DNA of 55,782 nucleotides, filler included, from Squatina squatina (Eukaryota): the NCBI GenBank assembly GCA_031763465.1. It is 3 parts of 3 records of this genome, joined end to end, with 100 filler letters (N's around TTAATTAATTAA, not from the genome) between each part and the next. Parts side by side here need not be neighbours in the genome. Positions count along the whole stretch, not along the records: positions 39,851 to 55,782 come from JARFOE010000042.1; 2 more parts are not named here. One strand, written 5' to 3'. How positions within the stretch are numbered: position 1 is the first letter of the stretch; each line of letters opens with the position of its first letter. Of this stretch, positions 47,664-55,782 are shown piece after piece. Below the pieces are notes generated by a model. It had not been told where the DNA came from. It did no database searches and saw nothing but the letters and a program-made list of their open reading frames with translations. A program made the position numbers and the translations under genes.

Positions 47664-48019
47664 GTAAGCACTGAACAAGGTTGGTTGTGTGTGAGTTGAA
47701 ATGAGCAGCCTGTCTTTCATGCCATGCTGTGCTCTACTGAGTCTATATCTTGGTCTTACTGGTACTTTGAAATGAACATTGACACACTCTATTGATCCAA
47801 ATGGGAAGTGAGTTCTGTAAAATTGCAGTTTGCCCATCTGGTAGGTTGAGGTTATAACCACAGTGGGTTTGCAGTTGCCTTGTAATCTTACATAGCGTGT
47901 AAATCTCCAACTGAATTCTGTGTAAAAGTGTGTGGGGGCAAGGGGGAAGGAGGATAGATGTGTAAGATAGGTCAGCGAGTAAATATGTGGTGCATCGGGC
48001 AGTATGTTTAGTCACTGAA

Positions 48020-48212
48020 CTATCTGGTCAGTGCTGAAAGCTGGTCTCACCTAGGGAGATAGGCTATGCTGCAATGAGCCACAACATCCAAGGCTGTGGG
48101 GGGGAATAGGGCATAGTTAGAACTCTACTGCTGGATAAGTGTGGATAGAATTATGGTAGAGCTGTAATGTTCCAGATGGTTGAATAGCCTCCTAGGACAC
48201 ACTCTAGTTGAC
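48020..48212 (+). mobile_element. Degenerate MamSINE1-like SINE
   Basis: ctggtcagtgctga..gctggtctca..ctgctgga..gctgtaatg..tggttgaatagcct..acacactctag. Confidence 0.45.
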
Positions 48213-48322
48213 TGGAACAATACAACAACCTGCTTTGCTGCCTNNNNNNNNNNATTTTATATTACACAGGATCGCAGATTAAACTGTTTTGCCCATGGGG
48301 TGAAATGCAGCACTATCTAGAA

Positions 48323-48635
48323 CAGTGGCGGGCAAAATATGGCCCGCAAGCCATATCTGGCCCACTAATGGATTCTTTCTGACCTGCCAAGACCTGGCTT
48401 TGACGCCGAACATTCCACCGCCCTCCCTGCCCCCTTCGCCTGACCCCACCCCATGTAATGTCAGGGGGTGGGTCATTGTCTCCGAAGCAGTGGGGGAGTC
48501 TAGCAGTGGGCCTTTTGAGACCGGAGGCGAAGATACGGAGACCAGCGGCTGAAGTCGATGAAAGGCGGACGAGAGTCGTGGATTGGGCCACGGTTGAGGG
48601 TCTTTTACCAACTGAAGCGTGGCCCTTAAACTGAT
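48323..48635 (+). mobile_element. hAT-Charlie-type MITE (one TIR visible)
   Basis: CAGTGGCGGGCAAAATATGGCCCGC..CCATATCTGGCCC preceded by atctagaa (NTCTAGAN-like target). tggccct near the right end, whose TIR is lost. Confidence 0.6.
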
Positions 48636-49734
48636 TTTTTTTTTTGCTGGGTCTTTATTCTTGCCTTGTGGTGGAGGTGTACAACTTTGAAAGTCAGTCA
48701 CACAAGAAATTAAATCCACTTTTATCCCCATTGCTTACTTAAGTGCAACCAGTTTTGACCAGCCCTTCGTAACCAATCAAGCGCATTGATAGGTTGAGTA
48801 AGACCTCTGGCATCAGCTCACAAGCAGAAAAAAAAAAGATTTTTCTTCTGTTGTTGTTGAAATTCATCAGGTGGTGAAACCCATCCCCTCCTTTTTTTAT
48901 TAAAAAGAAAAGGTATTTTCTCCCTTTCCACTTTTGGTCTGTTGTGGTCTATACGCTTTGTTCAAATTATAAAGCAAAGTATTCCCAAATAATTCACCCG
49001 TGCATCAGAATTCCTTATCAGACTTTGCTAATGTGGTGGCTTGGTCAAAAAGAGCGCAGGTTGACATTTAATGAGGTCAAATTAAGAGCCTGTTGATACA
49101 ATGAACAAACCCATCCCCTGGCTTAAGCTAACACTGCTCCACAGTTAAACCTGTCCCCATTTGAACCTTTCATGTACCCCCTTCTCAAAAGCAAATATGC
49201 GCTCTCTTTCTCTTTCACTTTCACCCAAGCACACCAGGGGAAGCCCAACTTCCTGTTGCGTAGGTTTAGATATCTATCTATCTGAGCCTCATGCAAACAC
49301 TGATAAAAATTTGCAAAAAGAGAATTTAAAAAAAAAAAACTACATGCTCTGAGAACATGTATACCAAAAGTTATATATTTTACAATAATAGGAACTTAAC
49401 AAAAGTGAAGTAAAGTTTTAAATGGGATCATGTAGCAGACAAATCTAGTTTTGCCGTTCGGTAACTGGTTGGTATTACTGCTGGACTTACCTTGGAATAA
49501 TTTAACAACTGGCAGAGGCCTCTCAACAGACGTCCAGCAGCATTGAGAAAAATATCCAAGTATTCTTGTTAAAGCAGAACCTCATATGTGTAATAGTGGA
49601 GAATTAACTTGGGGAGGAGGCATACCTGAATGTAAGCTTGCTTTAAATGGTTGGTATTAACAGGGAGTCCATTTGTATCCATAGACTGTTGTGGGTCATA
49701 TTTTGTTACGCATGAGATCGAAAGACTTTTTGTA

Positions 49735-49997
49735 ACCTCCTCCGACAAACCTCCGAGATTTCTGCATTCCTCAAATTCTGGCCTCATCCACATCCCCAAT
49801 TTTTATCGATCTACCAATGACGGCCATGTCTTCAGCTGCCTAAGCTCTGAAATTCCCTCCTTAAATCTTTCTGCCTCTCAACCTTTCACACCTCTTTTAA
49901 GATGCTCCTTAATTCCTACCTCTTTGATCAAGCTTGTCCTAATATCTCTTTATATGGGTCTATCATACTTTGTCTGATAATGCTCCTATGAAGCGCC
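49735..49997 (+). mobile_element. L2 3' end, split by an RTE insertion (resumes at 50298-50358)
   Basis: ..ctctgaaattccctcc..gataatgctcctatGAAGCGCC | insertion | GAAGCGCCttgggacatttt..ataaatgcacgttgct. Confidence 0.8.
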
Positions 49998-50300
49998 ATC
50001 CCCAATGACTCCTGGAAATCTCTGGCCCAAGACCGCCCGAACTGGAGGAGAAGCATCCGCGAAAGCGCCAACCATTTCGAGCTTCTCCGGCGGGAGCACA
50101 TGGAGGCCAAGCACAGGCAGCAGAAGGAGCGCGTGGAAACCCGAGCATCCTATCCACTCGCCCCATCAAACACCACCTACTCTACCTGTGGTAGAGTTTG
50201 TGGATCCTGGATAGGACAGTTCAGTCATCTCAGAACCCACAACTCTGGAGTGGAAGCAAGTCATCCTCGAGCTCGAGGGACTGCCGAAGGAGAAGAAGAA
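49998..50300 (+). mobile_element. 5'-truncated RTE LINE with 8-bp TSD GAAGCGCC
   Basis: SWKSLAQDRPNWRRSI..STCGRVCGSWIGQFSHLRTH, (GAA)n tail; TSD at 49990-49997 and 50298-50305. Confidence 0.8.
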
Positions 50301-52093
50301 GCGCCTTGGGACATTTTCCTACACCAAAGACACTCCATAAATGCACGTTGCTATTACTGAATGGGAAATTGTGAACATTGTTTTCATATCAAATCTGTTT
50401 TAGAACAAGTCTGTTCATTCAAATGAAACCAAGTATGAATTCAGATGAAGCTCTTAAATAGGAAATTATTCATCCAATATTAATTCATACCCTACAATGC
50501 CAATATGTAAGCGTCAGTGGCACAAAAGCAAAACTGATACTTTTTTGTGATTGGTGAAGACTAAAAGTGGAGCAAGTTTACTTTGATTTCAAGCTGGAAT
50601 AAAGACTTGCTTACACGATTTTTTCTTTAAGGTAACCATACGTAACATCTGTTGGTTGGTGTAAAAGTCTGAAAGACAATTACAAATTCGCTTTACATTC
50701 GTGTGTGACAAAGCACTAATGTGTTGTCAAAGCTCCCAGTTCCTGATTTATCTTTTATCCTAAAAATCCATGCTCAGCGTTAAACATCTTTTTGCATCGT
50801 TTCAAAAGCTAAAAAAAAGTACGAACATATTGTGTAATTTTGGTAAATAATACCCTCCATTCCATATTTAGTTATTAATTTATACTGAAAAAAACCATCC
50901 AGAACATGCATGGCCATTCCCGCTGAGCAGAAATGTGTGCATCTATCGAGAGAGGACTTGATTTTTTTTAAGTATGAAACTAAGCTTTTGTCACGTTTTT
51001 CTTTCATTTTGTAAGTCCTCCATTAGTGACGCTGGTCGCGACATTTCTCTCAGGGCTGGGCGATGGAAAGTCTGGGCCATTGTGATGAGGGCCGCTCCGA
51101 CAGCAACCAGCACAGCGTTCGAATAGCACTTCAGAAATGAAAACGGCATTGATNNNNNNNNNNNNNNNNNNNNNNNNNNNNNNNNNNNNNNNNNNNNNNN
51201 NNNNNNNNNNNNNNNNNNNNNNNNNNNNNNNNNNNNNNNNNNNNNNNNNNNNNNNNNNNNNNNNNNNNNNNNNNNNNNNNNNNNNNNNNNNNNNNNNNNN
51301 NNNNNNNNNNNNNNNNNNNNNNNNNNNNNNNNNNNNNNNNNNNNNNNNNNNNNNNNNNNNNNNNNNNNNNNNNNNNNNNNNNNNNNNNNNNNNNNNNNNN
51401 NNNNNNNNNNNNNNNNNNNNNNNNNNNNNNNNNNNNNNNNNNNNNNNNNNNNNNNNNNNNNNNNNNNNNNNNNNNNNNNNNNNNNNNNNNNNNNNNNNNN
51501 NNNNNNNNNNNNNNNNNNNNNNNNNNNNNNNNNNNNNNNNNNNNNNNNNNNNNNNNNNNNNNNNNNNNNNNNNNNNNNNNNNNNNNNNNNNNNNNNNNNN
51601 NNNNNNNNNNNNNNNNNNNNNNNNNNNNNNNNNNNNNNNNNNNNNNNNNNNNNNNNNNNNNNNNNNNNNNNNNNNNNNNNNNNNNNNNNNNNNNNNNNNN
51701 NNNNNNNNNNNNNNNNNNNNNNNNNNNNNNNNNNNNNNNNNNNNNNNNNNNNNNNNNNNNNNNNNNNNNNNNNNNNNNNNNNNNNNNNNNNNNNNNNNNN
51801 NNNNNNNNNNNNNNNNNNNNNNNNNNNNNNNNNNNNNNNNNNNNNNNNNNNNNNNNNNNNNNNNNNNNNNNNNNNNNNNNNNNNNNNNNNNNNNNNNNNN
51901 NNNNNNNNNNNNNNNNNNNNNNNNNNNNNNNNNNNNNNNNNNNNNNNNNNNNNNNNNNNNNNNNNNNNNNNNNNNNNNNNNNNNNNNNNNNNNNNNNNNN
52001 NNNNNNNCAGCACGAGCTCAGTTTTTCAGCTTCTTCTATAGCTGATTCAGCAGTCCTCAAAGGGACCTCTGGATAATGCCAATAAAACACCAA

Positions 52094-52264
52094 GGGGGCC
52101 CACCTGATGTGCCGTTGCGCCCGGATAGTGCCGATCAGCGGCGCTACCCGGGCGCGAAAGCATTGTAGAATTTATAAATTCCGATTTGCCCTAATGGGCC
52201 TGGCACCCCAGCGGCGCTCAGGCCTCTTTGCCGGGGGCGCCAGGGTTGGTCACGCGATGTCATC
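52094..52264 (+). mobile_element. CpG-rich Harbinger-like end
   Basis: gggggcc start, ggcgct motifs, gatgtcatca as in the other copies. Confidence 0.45.
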
Positions 52265-52340
52265 AGATCAGCCATGATCTCATTGAATGGCAGAGCAGGC
52301 TCGAGGAGCTGAATGGCCTCCTCCTGTTCCTATGTTCCTT
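52265..52340 (+). mobile_element. CR1 3' end
   Basis: gatcagccatgatctcattgaatggcagagcaggctcga..gaatggcctcctcctgttcctatgttcc. Confidence 0.85.
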
Positions 52341-52743
52341 TTCAAAACAGTCAGCAGTAACGAGACAGAGTGAAAGCGAGCAAGTTAAACACTTACAATG
52401 AGAGGAATCTTTAAGGCCAGGAAGCGGGAACCAAGTGGCAGAAAGAGGCTGAGATTTGTTGAGTGGGGATGAATTACAGTCAAAAAATAAGAAAGATGTA
52501 CATATGGAAGATATTACAACATGTCCTCATTTGTTCAACCTCCACGAACAAATTAATTGTGCCAAATTACTACAGAAAAGCAGAGGTGGGATGCTTTATG
52601 AGTGAGTGTCAAGGCTAGTTTAGTGACAAACCTTTAAATAGATNNNNNNNNNNNNNNNNNNNNNNNNNNNNNNNNNNNNNNNNNNNNNNNNNNNNNNNNN
52701 NNNNNNNNNNNNNNNNNNNNNNNNNNNNNNNNNNNNNNNNNNN

Positions 52744-52866
52744 CTTCTGAAAGTCCAAATACACCACATCCACTGGTTCTCCCTTATCTATTCTACCAGT
52801 TACATCCTCAAAATATTCCAGATTTTCCTTTTGTAAATCCATGCTGATTCTGTCCTATCCTGTCAC
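52744..52866 (-). mobile_element. CR1 RT fragment
   Basis: NLEYFEDVTGRIDKGEPVDVVYLDFQK. Confidence 0.85.
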
Positions 52867-52867
52867 T

Positions 52868-53185
52868 GTTTTCGGATGAGACGTTAAACTGAGGCCCCAC
52901 CTGTCCTCTCAGGTGGGTGGAAAAGATCCCATGGCGCTATTCTAAGAAGAGCAGGGAGTTCTCCCTGGTGTCCTGGCCAATATTTATCCTTCAACTGGCA
53001 TCAGTAAAACAGATTATCTGGTCTTTATCTGATTGCAGTTTGTGGGACTTTGCTGTGCGCAAATTGGCTGCTGCGTTTCCCACATTACAAAAGTGATTCA
53101 AAAGTACTTCATTGGATGTAAAGCGCTTGGGGACATTGTGAGGTCATGAAAGGCACTGTATAAATGCACCTCTTTCTTTTATTTC
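52868..53185 (+). mobile_element. DeuSINE (5'-truncated)
   Basis: ttcggatgagacgttaaactgaggcccc..aaaagatcccatggcgcta..gcgcaaattggctgctgcgtttcc..tail. Confidence 0.88.
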
Positions 53186-54634
53186 TTTTATAAGTGAACT
53201 TTGCCGATTGGGATTTCTACCCTTACTGAGTAAGTCAGGGCAGAAAATCCCCGTGGAAGAAATCTCCCCAAGACACGTCGAGAAAGCTGTAGGACATCAG
53301 AGGAAGTGACCAGTAAGAAAAGAAGAGGTCAGTCACCATGCACATGAGTTGGGCCCTCAGCCTGCTTAAACCACTCGTTGAGACGGGAAGTAACTCCCGA
53401 CTCTCAGAGCACTGAAGATGATATAATCTGTGCACAGTCTCCTTTATATCAAAAACAGTATCAACCTCTTGCACTGTATGCAAGAAACCTTGGCCTAATC
53501 TGCTGTGTATTGTCAATCAGCTGACTATGACCATTCTCCATGCAGTATAGGGCATGTCTATGCTGAGCTCCATGTGGCCAGCTGATGACTAACTGACCAG
53601 TTGGTGACTGCCTATAGAATTGCTATAACCAATGTACCACCTCCGTCGATGAATGATCTTCTGGAAGTTTCTCCCGCAGAATCAAATCTAATTTTTAGCC
53701 TTTCACTGATTTCTATGTCGCTATTTTAAAAACAACTTGAATTTTAGAGCGCCTTTAAGGTAGTAAAACATCCCAAGGCATTTCANNNNNNNNNNNNNNN
53801 NNNNNNNNNNNNNNNNNNNNNNNNNNNNNNNNNNNNNNNNNNNNNNNNNNNNNNNNNNNNNNNNNNNNNNNNNNNNNNNNNNNNNGTAGGGTGTGCCACC
53901 GAAGCTTAGATGGTATCATATTAATCAGTTAAAAACTGTATAAGAGTTCATACTGCAGTTGTTGTACAGGAACAAAAGAGCACATCTTAACATAAAAATC
54001 AAGTTGAGGTTTGAAATGCTTTGAAAGCTGTCAGAAATCTAGAAGTAGACATTTGGCAATAATCTACCGATTGTCTACCAAGAGGAGTTATCAGAGGTTA
54101 GGAATTGACATTTTATTGTATAACAGAACTGCAGAGTGTTAACATACACAAGTGCACTCAAATGCATTGCTGTAGGATTTGTTTTCTATCATAACAGTTT
54201 TTGTTTACTACCAGCAATGTAAACTCTCTATACATATTAGAAGCGTAGTTTTATATTGCAAACTATCGGAGCTGTAACACCTTACCCCACCATAATCCAA
54301 CCTAATCATTAATACGTTAATGCTATGCTGTAGCCGGAACTTAATTATTAAAGCTCACTGATTCCACCATTAATGGAAGTGCCCTGTGAAGAATTCTGTA
54401 AATTTCACTTGCAGGGAGAGGGAAGACAATTTGTAGGCACTCACCTATCGCACCCTGCTCCTATTCTGTCTTCTTCTGTGTTGAAGAACTTGCAGTAATA
54501 GCAACACAACTTGTACAGTTCTTGTGAATGTTCTCTTTACTACTGCATGTAAATAACCAAGCTGCGAAGGTGTCCTGTGTCAGGGATTTGGTTGCAAGTT
54601 AATGCTAGGAGGCATCAGAATCAGTTCAGTGGCA

Positions 54635-54940
54635 GTCCTCCTGGGACTGGCCAAAGTGGCTCTCAAAATGTCCACGCATTGGGCAGTCAAGGGGACCGTT
54701 CGGCCCGACTGCCTCTCTTCCACGGCTATGTTCACGCCCGGGTGTCCCTGGAGAGGGGGCACGCGGTGTCCACCAGTATGCTCAAGGCCTTCCGTGAATA
54801 GTGGGCACCGGAGGGACTGGAGTGCATCATCAAAACCAAAAATAGAATTTTAATTTAAATGTTAAGGTTCCTTTAAACTTTTTTTCGTTAATTTACAGGT
54901 TTCATTGGTTGTGCCCCATTAAACAGGGGGCACATGTTTG
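54635..54940 (+). mobile_element. Tx1-clade LINE 3' end
   Basis: LLGLAKVAL..AV.GTVRPDC / LPLFHGYVHARVSLERGHAVSTSMLKAFRE*WAPEGLECII..NRILI* resembles the recalled shark Tx1 ORF2 C-terminus. Confidence 0.7.
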
Positions 54941-55059
54941 ACTTTACATTAGCATTTGCCAGCATTTAAAAGAGTCAGCTCAGGGCAAAGTTATGCCTGG
55001 GCTGGGGTCACAGGTGGTTTGAAATGAGTCACTTCTAGATATTTACAGTGGCAATTTTT

Positions 55060-55340
55060 CTTTGACAGCACCTCCCAAACCCATGACCTCTACCACTTGG
55101 AAGGACAAGGGCAGCAGACACATGGGAACGCCATCACCTCCAAGTCACACACCATCCCGACTTGGAAATGTATCGCTGTTCCTTTATCGTCGCTCGGTCA
55201 AAATCCTCGAACACCCACCCAAACAGCATTGTGGGAGTACCTTCATCACACGGACTGCAGCGGTTCAAGGCAGCAGCTCATCACCACCTTCTCGAGGGCA
55301 ATAAATGCTGGCCTTGCATTCCAGGAATGAATAAAAAAAG
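55060..55340 (+). mobile_element. 3' region of the second LINE family
   Basis: aaggacaagggcagcag..ctccaagtcacacaccatcc..cagcggttcaaggcagcagctc..gggcaataaatgctggcc. A reverse fragment lies at ~25395-25470. Confidence 0.8.
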
Positions 55341-55479
55341 TCAAATAACCAGAAGTGTCAGGCACTGCAAAGTCCATCAAACTGCAATGTGATACATAAA
55401 CAGATAAGCTGTCATTGGAGGTGTTGACGGAGGGAAAAATGTTAGCAAAATCCTATTCCTGTTCGTCAATCAGAACCAT

Positions 55480-55668
55480 TAAATCTTTTATGTCCTACTG
55501 AACAGACAGACAGGACCTCAGTTTAACATCTCTGCTGTATGTGGCACCTCCAGTAATGCAGCATTCCCTGACAACTGCACTGAAGTAACAGTCTAGATTG
55601 TTAAAATCCTGGAGTGAGGCTTAAACCCACATCCTTCTGACTAGCATACAAGTGCTATTACTGGGACA
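55480..55668 (-). mobile_element. DeuSINE 5' part
   Basis: cagacaggacctcagtttaacatctc..ggcacctcc..gcagcattccct..ctggagtgaggcttaaacccac is the reverse of the head and Deu domain. Confidence 0.7.
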
Positions 55669-55782
55669 AAGGAGTTTCTGTACTGCTGCACTCAGTGGCT
55701 CTATGGTAGCCCATGTGATTTTCAAATAGTTCATGCCTGTCTGTTCCCTTCCCATCCCAAACAAAACCAGCACACAAGCCCA

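Noticed and set aside
49486-49630. Minus-strand segment ending in a perfect AAG|GTAAGT donor
   Set aside because: Weak acceptors, stops in all frames of the longer version, and the short peptide EYLDIFLNAAGRLLRGLCQLLNYSK is not recognised.
50991-52093. 300+ aa ORFs on both strands (also 10905-11774 and many others with X runs)
   Set aside because: Their length is due to N gaps; there is no coding signal in the real bases.

Overview
Vertebrate DNA, almost certainly from a cartilaginous fish (Deu-domain SINEs, CR1, L2, RTE, Tx1 and Penelope-like families typical of sharks). It is a fragmented draft scaffold of ~1-3 kb contigs joined mostly by 100-N gaps, two of which carry an artificial TTAATTAATTAA linker. 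The window opens with a coding exon of the STAR-family RNA-binding gene KHDRBS3 (SLM-2/T-STAR; 19-101, 83 nt). What appears to be the end of its 3'UTR and a poly(A) signal follow at ~2706-2950; the last two coding exons are not visible and probably lie in gaps. Just past the poly(A) site is a candidate non-coding exon (3230-3375) followed by a strand-biased UWAA cluster, which resembles the self-regulation module described for STAR genes. The rest is repeat-rich and mostly non-coding: many LINE/SINE fragments, a multi-copy PIF/Harbinger-like family with a spliced Myb/SANT-type gene remnant, and a Penelope-like RT with a degenerate hammerhead ribozyme. An intact, isolated CARM1 (PRMT4) coding exon at 47559-47663 was missed by the ORF track; it is either a misplaced contig or a real rearrangement. 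All family assignments rest on recalled sequences, not database searches, and repeat boundaries are approximate.
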